Origin: Selaginella moellendorffii
Taxonomy: Eukaryota; Plantae; Lycopodiophyta
Direction of reading: 5' to 3'
DNA: 64,000 nucleotides
Assembly (NCBI RefSeq): GCF_000143415.4
Contig: NW_003314321.1
Span: 62,001 to 126,000, forward strand
Notes under the pieces: model-generated
What the model saw: only the letters and a program-made list of their open reading frames with translations
What the model was told of the DNA's origin: nothing
Databases searched by the model: none
In this document: positions 1 to 11,982 of the stretch, piece after piece
Numbering within the stretch: the stretch's first letter is position 1
How the letters are laid out: each line of letters begins with the position of its first letter
Translations under genes and position numbers: made by a program

Positions 1-120
1 CCGCAAGCACAGGCAGCCAAGCACACCAAGCTTCCAGGTTCCTAACATCCTTTGGTACCACAAGACTTGATCATGGGACCCTCTAAATCCCAAGTCTTGA
101 GTGCAACACTTGCTTCGGGA
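1..120 (-). repeat. Inverted copy of LTR-like sequence abutting truncated gag
   Basis: Bases 1-120 are a close reverse-complement match to about 5577-5693. Confidence 0.85.
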
Positions 121-3100
121 GCTGAGTAGGCTGAAGCAGATCAGAACCATTCAAAAGTATGTGAATGGATTTATGGCAAAGAGGATACTGGTCACAGATA
201 TGGGTGATATAGATGCGTTCCATGCCTTCATATCAGGCTTGGAAACCTGGGCTCGCAGCGAGGTGATGTATTGGAACCCGACCAATTACAAATAAGCTTT
301 GGATGTAGCTATCAAGGTGCATTTCAACAATAACCTGCGAAAGGGGAACACAACGGGGTCGGGGTCCATGTTTAACAAAGGGGCCAAACCAAGGGGAATA
401 TATAGCAAAGGGAAATTCAAAAAGAGTTTCTCTAAAAATGAGTCCTCGGGGTTCCATAAAGGCAAATCTGGTGGCTAGCGAGCGGCTATCAAGGTGCATT
501 TCAACGATAACCTGCGAAAGGGGAACACGACAGGGTCGGGGTCCATGTTTAGCAAAGGGGCCAAACCAAGGGGAATATATAGCAAAGGGAAATTCAAAAA
601 GAGTTTCTATAAAAATGAGTCCTCGGGGTTCTGGAAAGGCAAATCTAGTGGCTAGCGAGCGAGTACGTAGGGGAGTCAAGCAAAAAGAGACAAACCCACG
701 GATAAAAAGGGCAAATCGGTTAGTAACGTGGGAAACAACGTGTGCTACAACTGCGGTGAAGCGGGACACTTTTCGAGGGAATGTCCCTACCCAAAGAAGG
801 CCAGAGCCAATATGGTTATTAAGTCGGGTGAAATCCAAGCTGAGGTACGTGATCCAATCCCTAACTCAAAGTTACTCATTACACGAGCAACTTTGGTAGA
901 GAGTCGTTCACGACATCTACTAGCCCTCTGAGGGAAGCTCGAAAGTAGCTTTGTTAAGATCTTTATTGACACTGGTGCTTCGGATAATTTTGTGGCTGCA
1001 GACATAGTCCGGCAAGCTAGACTAACGGTGTAGCGGCTGGGCGAACCAAGGACTATAGAGTTTGTTCAAGGCAGCCAAAGCACCGATGAGGTACTTCGAC
1101 AAGTGAGAGTCGAAGTAAGAACATGGAAAGTAGACATAGATTTCACCGTGTTGGACATGGCAGGATTTGACGTGATCTTCGGGATGGATTGGTTCAATCG
1201 GTTCGTGGTAGCTCTGCATGGACAAAATAGGAACCTTGTGGTACTAGTGAATGCCTAAGGAAGAAGATCCAGGGTGGAGGCCCAAGATCTAAAGGTAGGG
1301 CAATGCAAGGCTAAAGATTCCTGTTTAAACCTGGTGTCCAACTCACTAAAGGAACCAAGGCAGCATTTTTGTACTTACTCTCAGTTAAGAGTGACAAAAA
1401 GGTGGGAAAAGAAAAAGTACCTTTAGTAATCCAGCGGGTGTTAGAACAACTCTAGGATACCATGCTAGAGGAGCTACTAGCGGGGTTGCCCCCCGCACGA
1501 TCGATAGAACATAAGATTGAGCTAGTCGAGGGTGTTGAGGTGATGGTTCGTCCCCCCTATTGTTTGAACGAAAAAAAACTCGAGGAGCTCAAGTGCCAAC
1601 TAGAGGAGTTGGTGGACAAAGGGTATGTTAGATTGAACAAGTCGCTGTATGGGGCACCGATGTTATTTGTGAAAAAGAAAGATGGATCTATGCACATGTG
1701 CATAGACTACCAGTTGCTTAACAAGTATACAAAGAAGAACAAGTACCCTTTGCCAAGGATCGAGGACCTATTTGATAGGTTGGGAAAGGCAAAATACTTC
1801 TCAAGGATTGATCTAAGGTCAAGATACTACTAAATCAAGGTAATAGAGGAAGGTGTCGAGAAGACAATCTATCGAACAAGGTATGGGAGCTTTGAGTTTC
1901 TAGTGATGCCCTTCGAGCTATGCAATGCGCCGATAATATTTTCAGCGTTGACGAACCAGATCTTTGTACCCTATCTGGATCACTTTGTGGTCATCTATAT
2001 TAACAACATCTTGATTTATAGCGAAACGCTAGAGGAGCATGCCAAACACTTGACAAAAGTGTTTGAGAAACTAAGGGAACACCAATTGTATGCTAAAGAG
2101 AGCAAATGTGACTTTTCTTAACAAGAGGTAAAGTTTCTCGGGCATGTGGTGGGCAAGGACGGGCTCAAGGTGGACCCTGAGAAGGTCCAAGCGATCTAGG
2201 ATTGGGAGCAACCATCAAATGTACACGAGTTAAGGGCATTCCTGGGGCTATGCAACTATTACCGAAAGTTTATCAAACACTATTCAAGAGTAGCCCTGCC
2301 CTTAATAGACCAAACAGGAAAAGGGAAGATGGTATGGACAGCGGAATGTGAGGCAGCATTCGCCCACCTCAAAGGGAAGTTGAGGAAGGCTCCCGTGTTG
2401 GCATTACCAGACTTTGGTAAGGATTTTGAGGTAGAAACAGATGCTTCAGACTTTGCGTTGGGCGTAATTTTGAAATAAAACAACCATCCAGTAACGTTCT
2501 TCTCGAAGAAGTTAGACAAGGCTCAAAGGAAGTGGGCTGCCCACGAGAAGGAATTGTTTGCAGTGGTCAAGGCGCTCAAGGAGTGGCAACACTACCTTGG
2601 GAGACACTTCAAGATTTACATGGAAAATGTGGCAACAAAACACTTCTTGTTACAGCCCGACCTGAGAGGGAAACAAAGTTGGTGGGCCAATGCTTTGGCC
2701 GAGTTTGATTGCAAGATTCTATACAAGCCTGGGAAGAGCAACATCATGGCAGATGCACTAAGTCAAAAAGCGAACTTGAAATTGGCAATATCCAGTGCGA
2801 CAACAACCTTTTGGGATGATGTGCGGACAGCATATAAGAATGATAGTCCAGCACAAGAAGTGTTGTTTTGGAATCTGAAGGCACGGGAAGCTCACCAGAG
2901 AGGTGAGCTGCCAACGGAAGAGAAAACGGGTTATGCGAAATACAATGGACTCATCTATTATAAGCAAACGAGGATGTATGTTCTAGAAGGGGAACTAAGG
3001 AAGGTAGCTTTAGAAGAGTGCCATGATGGACCTCTTGCGGGACATGGCAGAGTGCCCAAGACAATGGGCTTACTCAAGAAGAAGTACCACTGGCCAGATA

Positions 3101-4375
3101 TAGCTAAGGACATCCAAGACTATGTAAAGACATGCCCAACATGTCAGCAAGTCAAAGCTGTGACTAAGGCTAGTGGGGGTTTGTTACAAAGCATCCTAAT
3201 TCCAAATTGTCCGTGGAAATGTCTTACGATGGACTTCATCACGGGACTCCCCCCAAGTGAGGGGTTCGATGCAATATTCGTGATGGTGGATCGATTTTCG
3301 AAGATGGCACATTTCATACCCATCACAACAGAAGTGAATGCAGAAGGTGTGGCGAAGCTGTTCTTCAAACAAGTGGTTCGAGTGCAGGGAAGGCTAAAAG
3401 AGATTATCTCAGATCAAGATAAGATTTTCACCAGTAGGTTCTAGAGAACTTTCTTGGAACTATATTGCACTAAGTTGAAATTCAACACAGCCTATCACCC
3501 ACAGACAGATATTGGGTATCAAGTCAAGTTTAATGGCACTAACACATTTTGACAGACGGACAAATGGAAAGGGTGAATAGGTAGTTGGAGGATTATTTGC
3601 GATGCTATGTCTCAAGAGACCAGACCGATTGGGTAAATCATTTGGGACTTGTGGAAATGTGTTATAAGAACTCACCACATTTGAGTATCGGGGTGAGTCC
3701 ATGAGAAGTCATCAATGGGCGAGCTATTGAAGGCCCTATGGAACTTGGCATGGCCGAGTATCATGGAAAGTTACCCATAGTGGAGGCATTCACGGCGGAA
3801 AGACTCAACATTTGGAATCTAGTGAGGGATTCCTTGGAATGGGCTCAACAAAGGCAAACCAAGTATGCGAACCAGAAGCGCCGGGATGTAGAGTTCCAAG
3901 CTAGGGAGAAGGTGTGGTTGAACACCAAAAACCTCAGGCTACAAAGTGGGATCAGCCGGAAGTTGACCCAAAGGTAAAAATGCATGTATTCCTGTAAATG
4001 AATATATTTTGAGTTCCTTAAGCAAGTTCGCGGGGCCTTATGAGATTGAGGCACAAATCGGTAAAGTGGCTTACCGTCTCCGACTTCCTCGACATATGGG
4101 GAAGATGCACCCAGTGTTCCACGTGAACTTACTCAAGCCATACTTTGAGGATCCGCTTCACAAGGAGCAAGTAAGACCTTTACCTAAGGTTATCCAAGGG
4201 GAAGAGGAATATGAAGTCGAGGCCATCCTCAATGCGCGCAAGAGCAAGCGACAAGGATGCGAAGTGAAAGAGTTCCATGTGAAGTGAAAAGGTTTTCCAC
4301 ACTGCGAAATAACATGGGAACCAAAGGAGAACTTAGCAAACATGCGAGATTTAGTGGAGGAATTTCTACAAAGCA
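121..4375 (+). mobile_element. Decayed Ty3/gypsy (chromovirus-type) gag-pol region with many stops and frameshifts
   Basis: Domains in gypsy order: gag remnant, zinc knuckle CYNCGEAGHFSREC (~740), protease IDTGASDNF (~965), RT ([26 protein letters not shown], degenerate YINNILIYS for YxDD; 1462-2120), RNase H (ETDASDFALG), integrase (HxxxxxxH...CPTC, MDFITGLP), GPY motif and chromodomain (EYEVEAIL...VK*KGF...TWEP). Confidence 0.95.
308..661 (+). repeat. 177-bp direct tandem duplication inside gag
   Basis: Units start with gctatcaaggtgcatttc at 308 and 485; the 59-aa repeat is visible in the antisense ORF 233-838. Confidence 0.9.
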
Positions 4376-4439
4376 GAACTCTATGTACTTATGCAAAGTT
4401 CAATTAAAGTATCAATTTGTGAAGTTGAGCAATGGCATA

Positions 4440-5944
4440 TGTTAGGACCCAAAAGCGTGCCGAAGGCAAGCTAATTAGCATGGGTTATCTAAGTCGACCA
4501 GGCGTACGGAACTACACCCGACTCCCCGCGGGGATGTCAAATCCGTAAATATATTCTACGGAGGTTGGGTTCAAGTCTCAACCCCCTAGTAAAGCAAGGC
4601 GTAGTGAGGTGAGGGGTATAGCGACACCTATATTCCATTGTCATGAGCTCTTGGCCAGGGAGGCTAACTTAGGCACACCACTAAGTGGGGGGATGCCCCC
4701 GGAGACATGGTCAACAAGTCGTAGGATAAAAAGAGACATTTGATGTGGGCATCGAACTTCTTCTATGGGTGGTAGAGTTGTAAGGAACCAACTCCCCAAG
4801 GTGTCGTAGACTAAAGGATCCCCAAAAGCATGACCAAAATGACTAAGAGTTTATCGGATGGGACCAAGTCGAAGATCGAGTCCAAGACCGACTCTGAGAC
4901 CGAGTTCGAAATAGAGTCCAGGATCGAGTCCGAGGCCGAATCAGAGGCCGAGCTCGAGACCGAGTTTGAGATCGAGTTCGAGACCGAGTTCGAGACCGAG
5001 TCCGAGATCCGAGATCAGGTCTGAGACCAAGTCCGAGGTCGAGTCTGAAGTCAAGTCCGAGATTGGGTCCGAGATCGAGTCTGAGACCAAATCCAAAGTC
5101 CGGTCCGAGATCGAGTCCGAGACCGAGTCCGAGTACTAATACAGGTCAAGGGGTGAAAGCCCAAAGCATGTGTCTCCCAAGGGGGGGGGAGGGGGGGGGG
5201 AGGGGGCTGCAGGGGGTTCCAAAAGTATAGTAGGGATAGTGAGGTCTAGGAACTAGTCTTGAAGGAACTCTCCACTGGTGCTTCCAAATTGACTTGAAGT
5301 TGAGATTGGGGCCAAAGGGCCTTGGGTGGGAGTGAGCATGGAGTTGGGTGGTGCTGGAGGGGCCACCCCAGAAAGTGCTCAAGAGCAACTCCCACTCCCG
5401 AAAGGGAAACCGATTGCGGTGCTCCCGGCTCATGTGGAGTGGTGCCCCACTTGAGTACCTTGCGGCTCATTGGTCCTCACCCTTCCTAAGGGCTTGGGCC
5501 TTCCCTTTGGGATGGAAGTTGGGGGGTAGAGGTATCCATACCGGGCTGTTAGGCCACAGTGTTTCGCCTTGGTGTCCTGAAGCAAGTGTTGCACCTAAGG
5601 CTTGGGATTTAGAGGGTCCCATGAACAAATCTTGTGGTACCAAGGGATGTTAGGAACTTGGAGGCTTGGTGTGCTTGGCTACTTGTGCCTGCGGGGAGTG
5701 TAGCCAAACCTTAAGTCCAGTCTAACCCAAAGAGGGGGATTGGGAGAGATCTGGGAATCCGTGAATGAATGGCTAATGCTCCGTTGCTCGTGCAATGAGT
5801 AGCTGAAACCAAGTAGGACCAAGTAGTAGGAGCTTGTACCATAGGCGGGAACTTTGGTGAGAGAACTTAGCAAAAGCCAAGGCAGTGTTGGACAGATAGA
5901 TGAGGTAAGTTAGTAAATTGGAAAGGAAAAATTTGTGGATTACA
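4440..5944 (+). mobile_element. Putative LTR (TG...CA) with a GAGTCC/GAGACC hexamer array (~4860-5133) and a G-run
   Basis: Lies after the chromodomain, starts TGTTAG and ends TTACA. Shares the array, GGGGTGAAAGCC and TCCAAAAGTATAGTA with the other LTR-like units. Boundaries are approximate. Confidence 0.55.
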
Positions 5945-5953
5945 ATTTGTTAC

Positions 5954-6761
5954 TGTGAGACACAAAATCCCTAGGCCCCAAAGTGGAGCCGAAAGGGCAC
6001 CACGTGGTAGTGGCCGAAGTGAAAGCCAAACAAGCATAACACGTTTGAATTAAAAGTTCTGACTTGAAAAGGTTAAGAGTGGAAGTGGAACTCCCAATGA
6101 AGTGCTCGAGGAACAAGCACGAAGCAAACCGTGAGTGAGTCTCTAGAAAAGGGGACACAAGAGGACCAAAACATAACAAGTGGAAGAGTCCGAGGTGAAG
6201 TCCAAGATGGAGTCCGAAATGGAGTCTAAGATAGAGTTTGAGATGGAGTCTGAGATAGATCTGAGATGGAGTCCGAGATGGACCCAAGATGGACCCGAGG
6301 TTGAGTCCGAAACAGACTTGAGATGGAGTCTGAGATGGACCCGAGATGAACCCGAGGTGGAGTCCGAGGTGGAGTCCGAGATGGACCCGAGATGGACCCG
6401 AGATGGAGTCTGGGAGATGGAGTCCGAGATGAACCCAAGATGGAGTCTGAAATGGAGTCCGAGATGGACCTGAGATGGAGTCCGAAGTCAAGATCGAGAC
6501 CGAGACCGGGACCAAGACCGAGACCAAGGCCGAGGCCGAGACCAAGCCCAAGCCTGAGTCCGAGTCCGAGTCCGAGTCAGAGTTTGAGTTCGAGTCTGAG
6601 GGGGTGAAAGCCTAAAGCATTTGTCTCCCAAACCTTGGGGGGTTTGGTGAACTCCAAAAGTATAGTAAAGGGGAAGACTGCAGTGGAGTTAATTTGGCCA
6701 GGAAAGGCTAGTTTGGCCTGGGAAGGCTGTACCCAGGTCTTGGGTACATTGGGTCCTTACA
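5954..6761 (+). mobile_element. LTR-like unit (solo or truncated) with a hexamer array (~6185-6600)
   Basis: Starts TGTGAGAC and ends TTACA, with TTAC on both sides. Its 5' part is homologous to 46956-47180. Confidence 0.6.
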
Positions 6762-7007
6762 TTACTTGTGGACCAGCTTGGACAGACAGCAGCAATCACT
6801 TGTTAGTAGCCTTAAAAAATGCTCATATGCTTTCAGAGAATGGGGAACTCTATACCTAGGGAAAGAATCGCGACTACCAGCTCGGAATTCTTGGACTTAA
6901 GGATGAGCAACTAGATCCAGTCCCAGTACAATTTCCACAGGCTCTTCATGACAAAACTCCGGTAGAAGTGTTGAGTGTTTCTTGTGGAGCTAATCACAGG
7001 GTTTGTA
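6756..7007 (+). pseudogene. Inverted fragment of the RUG3 3' end
   Basis: Matches 12144-12406 in reverse complement (SENGELYT*GKNRDYQLGI...VSCGANH). It has a Trp-to-stop change and retains a damaged intron. Confidence 0.9.
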
Positions 7008-7089
7008 GGCATACAATTGCCACGTGGCAGGCACAAGAATCTGCCACATCAGCGACGCTTTCCCATGACGTGGCAATACATGAGGAGAA

Positions 7090-8860
7090 ATGTGGGCGCC
7101 TGCCCACGACTCTTCTTCTTCCCAGCGCGGCTGGATCGATCTCGAGGAGGTCTTGCGCGCTTCAGGTACGCTGATAGATCGATTGTCGATCGATCGCTTT
7201 CGCGAGTTCTGGGCCTGATTATTCCAGAACCAGGCGCCGCAGAAGCTGAGCAATGGCTACGCAGGTTTTATGTCGTGGCTCGCGAGCCGGAACGATGATG
7301 GCGATCTATCGCACTGGGACTTGGCGACAATCTGGCAGGCAGGTCGAGTATTGGTTTTAGTTTTTTCCTTTTGATTCATTGATGAGTGAGTCTATGACGC
7401 AGGGGATTGTTTGCGAGCCGTCCAGTTCGTGCGGGAGAACGCATGCTGGAAATTTCTCTAGACTTGGTCTGTGTTGTTTGGTCCTTTCTGCTTTTCCTCT
7501 TAATGTTGGTTCTTGTTTCGCCCAGATGATAGCTCCTAGTGATCTTCCTGACCAGCTCAGCACGGTTTTGCCCAGCACTGTTAAGCCGTGGACCAAACTT
7601 GCTCTTATTGTCCTCATGGAACGCTACAAAGGCCAGGCAAGTTTACTCTCAACATTTTCGTCTTCGCTTCGCTAAATTTTTCTCGCAACAGCTCCAGTCG
7701 TCAGCTTGGGCACCATACATCTCGTGTCTTCCTGAACCAGCGGGGCTCGACAACACGGTACTCGACTATCGAGTTTTTGTTTCTCAAAAGTTTCAAGTGC
7801 GTAGTTTCTTTGGGAGGACACCGAGCTAAGTTACTTGAGGGCGAGCCCTTTATACGGCAAGACTCGTGAGCGGCTGGAAATTATAACAACTGAGTTTGGC
7901 CAAGTGCAAAACGTAAGTACTTCGGGTAGTTTTCTATTTTGCCAGCTTTCATTCACTTAGTGTTTTTTACTGTTTTTTTCTTTTCCGAATGGTTTTATTC
8001 AAGGAGGAAACTTTTTTACTTTGATGCTTGAAGGATTTTTGTAAGTGTTTCTGACGTACTTGCCTGTGTACTGGAGCAGGCACTTGATGTTTGGCCTCAA
8101 CTATTCGGTAAAGTGTCTGTTGAAGACTTCATGCATGTATACGCCACAGGTACAGGAAGCAAGCTTGTTTCTTGCTAGTTTTGTTCGTCCTTCCTTTGCA
8201 GTTTTTTCTCGTCCACTAGCCATTGGAGAGGACTCGACATTAGTAATGGTGTGTCTCTCTTTATTTCTGTTTACTTCCTTGTGTACAATATAACGCGGCG
8301 TTAGCAGATACCAATGCTCGATTTTTTCAACCACAACGCAGCCAGCTTTGCGAAGCTCTCATTTAACGGGCTTCTCAACTACGCAGTTGTAAGATACGCC
8401 TGAAGTTCTTTCTTTTTCTTTTCCGTACCACAAGCAGGTCACAGCGGACAGAGACTGTGCTGAAAACGATCAGGTATAGGCAGTGGTCTTTGTTTTGTTT
8501 TCATGTTTCATTCGGCTTTGCAGATTTGGATAAACTGTGGTGATCTTTCAAACGCAGAGCTTGCACTTGATTATGGCTTCACTGTGCCTGAAAATCGGTA
8601 TGACGAGGTAATGAGCGTGCGAAGAGGTGTGGTGCTGAATCACTTTTCACAAACTGCAGACTGATCTGTTGACGCAATTCCCGGAAATGAACACGATAAT
8701 TAAAGATCAACTTGGCGGAAACACGCTGTAAAGCATTCCTTCTTCTTTGAAGAGACTACTTGTTTGTGCTTCTCAGGGGTCAAAAACCACTTCCAAGGTT
8801 CTCCTGTGTGCCTGGAAGTAGCACGGCGAATCGAGACGCATGAAAAATCAATCCTGGTTG
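7090..8860 (+). pseudogene. SET-domain (Rubisco LSMT-like) methyltransferase pseudogene; inverted duplicate of the 16.5-18.3 kb gene
   Basis: Near-identical to the minus-strand copy but with two 8-bp deletions (~7103, ~7310) and the changes INYG->INCG, ENPYD->ENRYD and DYAEN->DCAEN. Confidence 0.85.
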
Positions 8861-9507
8861 GGCCCTTCTCTCGAGCTTTTATCGTTTTAACGCCGTCTCG
8901 CAGGAACTAAATCAACACTCATGGAGGTCGAGAAGTAGACGACTTCTAGCTGCCGCCGTCCTAGATGGTGAGCTGAGAGTTTTGAAGAGCGTGAAGCATC
9001 GGCTGGATGGCACGCGCCAGGCATAACTTTGGGAGACAAGATCTTTTTCTGGTTTCGTGAAGGCCTTGTTTTCTCCAGGAAAGCACAGCGTTGCTTGATG
9101 TAAGCCGTGGAATATAAATCGGTAAGCGCGTGCATGCGTCGGATGAGACGGTTGGAAAACGACAGGAGGAGCGACTGCCGTATAAGATCGCCGCCCCCGG
9201 CTGCCATGCTGATCTCTCCTGCTAACACTGCTTTCTCCTTCTGGCTTTTCTTCAAGTTCTAAACAGTGAGCGATAGCGTGATCGGCTTTCCTGATTGCAA
9301 GCTCGATCCAGACGAAAGGATGGAGTTTTTAAGTCGAGCTGTTGGTCTATCGGATCGTGCGTCATCTTCGTCCTCAGGGACGCTTCGAATTTCCAAATTA
9401 AAGAAAGAAAGGACATTATTTCCATAGCTTATATAAAATGCCATTGCCTTTTTGGGTTAGGTATACTTTCCAGAACAGGAAGAGAGCATTAAAGGCAAGG
9501 AAGTGAA

Positions 9508-10092
9508 ATGTTTGAGGTGGACAAGGTTGTGCATACTCCGCAAATGGTAGCCAACGATCGCGGATTGCAAGCGTTTACCGATGGATCCTTTAAGCGCGGA
9601 GTTTTCGGAGGTTACGGAGTATTTATCCCGAGAGTTTCCATGCGACTCGCTTGTGGGAGAAGGGCAAACGACGACCTACATACGAGCTCCACTATCACGT
9701 TTGAGCTGTTGGGTTTGTTACGAGCCCTCGAAATCTGTTTGGAGATGGAATGGCGCTGGGGATTGTGGGAGCCAATCTTTGTATACACCGACAGTTATGT
9801 TTCCCTGACGCTGCTGGAGATGTATGTGCAAGACCCAATAGCCCTGGGTTGCCACCCAAACGCAGATATCATCCAGATGATTGTTTGGCTTGCAAGAACG
9901 TCACTTGTTCCAGTTCATTTTTGTAAGGTGAAGGGGCACTACGACATTGGTGGAAATCAGGTTGCAGATGAGTTAGCAAAGATTGGTGCACATCTACTTG
10001 CAGGACAATCACAGTTTATTAACACTATAGTCGAGTCACCGTATGGTCAACAGCAAAGCTATTCACGGCCTCAACAATTTGCGATTTATTAA
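9508..10092 (+). CDS. Stand-alone, intronless type 1 RNase H domain protein
   Basis: All four catalytic acidic residues plus His are present: FTDGS, TFELLG, YTDS, KVKGH...GNQVADELAK. Uninterrupted 194-aa ORF. Confidence 0.8.
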   Translation: MFEVDKVVHTPQMVANDRGLQAFTDGSFKRGVFGGYGVFIPRVSMRLACGRRANDDLHTSSTITFELLGLLRALEICLEMEWRWGLWEPIFVYTDSYVSLTLLEMYVQDPIALGCHPNADIIQMIVWLARTSLVPVHFCKVKGHYDIGGNQVADELAKIGAHLLAGQSQFINTIVESPYGQQQSYSRPQQFAIY

Positions 10093-10780
10093 AGAAAACA
10101 AACAAAAACAAAACCATTAGCCAGATTTTGTTTGTAAAATGGGGATTAAATGTTTCTAAATGCTAATTTACCTTGAGCATTAAAGTATGTTTTCACCGCC
10201 TCCTTGGTTACCCCTTTAAACTTTAGACGAGCTTTGACCACCATTGCATTCGCAGTGTGGCTCGAGCTGGACTCTCCTGCGGCAATGCTAGCATCAATGC
10301 ATTATAGCACATGTCTGTGGAGGTTTCCAGGCAATGATTTTGGGTGGTAGGGTAGCGCATTAGCTCAATTTTGCCTTCTCTCGTTTGCCATAGTTTGTAG
10401 CACTGTTTCCAGCTCAGATCAATCGATCAGAGCAGGGGCCTCGACATACACATTGAGCTGCCTAAAACTCTCAAGGAAAAGCTGCTCAATGACACCTCCT
10501 TCACTTGCTACTTTAGTGACAAAGAGAACTCTAGCTGGTCCAAGGTCTGTGTAGGGACGAGTGTGAAAATATGGCTCTGTTTTTTTGTTTACTCTGGAAA
10601 ATAAGATCTCAGTAACCAAACACTTTGGATTCCTGAGAGAAGAAAGCTAACATTATTGAACTGATGGAGTTTGCCTCCAGAACATTTTCAAGATTGAAGT
10701 GCAAGTTTCTGCTTGATACGTGGAGCAAGTTAGTGTTCATTGTTGGAACTCCGTGTTGATCAAGGATGTTGATCAGGGAA

Positions 10781-11982
10781 TCAGCACACATAAGGCTTGA
10801 GATATACTTGTGGAGAAGTATACTCTACCTCGGGATACAAAGCAGTGGCTTCAATATCATCCGGAGCCAACTCAAAGCACATAGCTCCGTTGTAAAAAAA
10901 GTGATAGATGCGTGTCCACACCTCTCTGAGCTGCAATGGAGTTTGAGCGTCTGCAAAACCAAGCAATCCCGTCAGTAGACCTCGCAAATGAAAGCTCTCA
11001 CCGTTGATGTGTAGAAGAATCTCCTCCTCGCTCATCCACCTCTTTTCAAGGGTGACCCCGGTCATTTCTTCCCACAATGCTACTTGCTCGTTCATTGTCA
11101 AGGCGTTTCCGGGAGGGCGAACGTAAAGAGCCTTGTTGAGTGTTCTGGGATCATCGACCGACTTGAGCAAGTAAGTTGCGAGGTCCGTGAATCCGCCAAA
11201 GTCAAAAGAGACAAATGCATGATCTAGAAGCAACAAAACTGGTACCTTTCTGATCTCCATCTTTGTAAATGCAAACCTTGTCTCTGGGTGGAGTGAAAGT
11301 CGGGAAACCGTCCATTTGTACGAAACTGGCGAGCATGATCCCCATGATACAGTTCGCCATGAAAAACGTATGAGGAATTCCTGCTGCTTCGATGGCTCTC
11401 CGGATAGCTACCTTGTCCCTATACATGGGGCTCTCGGGAATGGACTGGTCCTTGCAGATCCTATCCGCGTCCATCCCAAACTCGGAGGGGTAGAACTTCT
11501 GGAGAAGACAACTGTGTAAGTCGGGATTCACTTGAAAACCGTAAACTTCACCTTGATGTTTCCAGCTTCTTTCACGGCTCTGATGAGATCGTACTGGAGC
11601 TTTAGTTGATCTTCCCCAAGAGCGCAGATCACAACATCGACTTGCTGTAATATTCGCACAAGACCCTCTTGGTCTTCCAGAAAGCACTGGTTTCCAAAAA
11701 GCAGAAATGTAAGTGAACCAACACCAAGTAACTGATGATAGCTAGTACGGTGTAAATCGTTGCTCCGGCTTTTCTTAGCCCAACCAGGAACCGGACTTTA
11801 TCAACATGTTTTGACACCTGAAACTCACCCTAGAGATCAAAGAAGAAATGTAGATAACTTGAAAGTACCTGTGGACGAACTAGTATACTAGTTGGATGAC
11901 CCGATTGAATACTAGCAGTAGCGATGTACTTGCCGATGTATCCCGTAGCTCCAACGATCAGAATCTTGCTCTTGGGCTCCAT
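10781..11982 (-). CDS. NmrA-like PIP-family reductase (isoflavone / pinoresinol-lariciresinol / phenylcoumaran benzylic ether reductase-like), multi-exon
   Basis: MEPKSKILIVGATGYIG start, FYPSEFGMDADR, KVAIRRAIEAAGIPHT, DDPRTLNK, EATALYPEVEY. Confidence 0.9.

Noticed and set aside
4830-6607. ORFs such as ETESET..., RWSPRW... and RPRPRP... (also 47164-47515)
   Set aside because: They are translations of hexamer tandem arrays in LTR-like DNA, not genes. They are also not CRISPR arrays, as there are no unique spacers.
5950-6765. TTAC 4-bp target-site duplication around the LTR-like unit
   Set aside because: The right-hand TTAC lies within sequence homologous to RUG3 while the left flank is not RUG3, so it may be coincidental.
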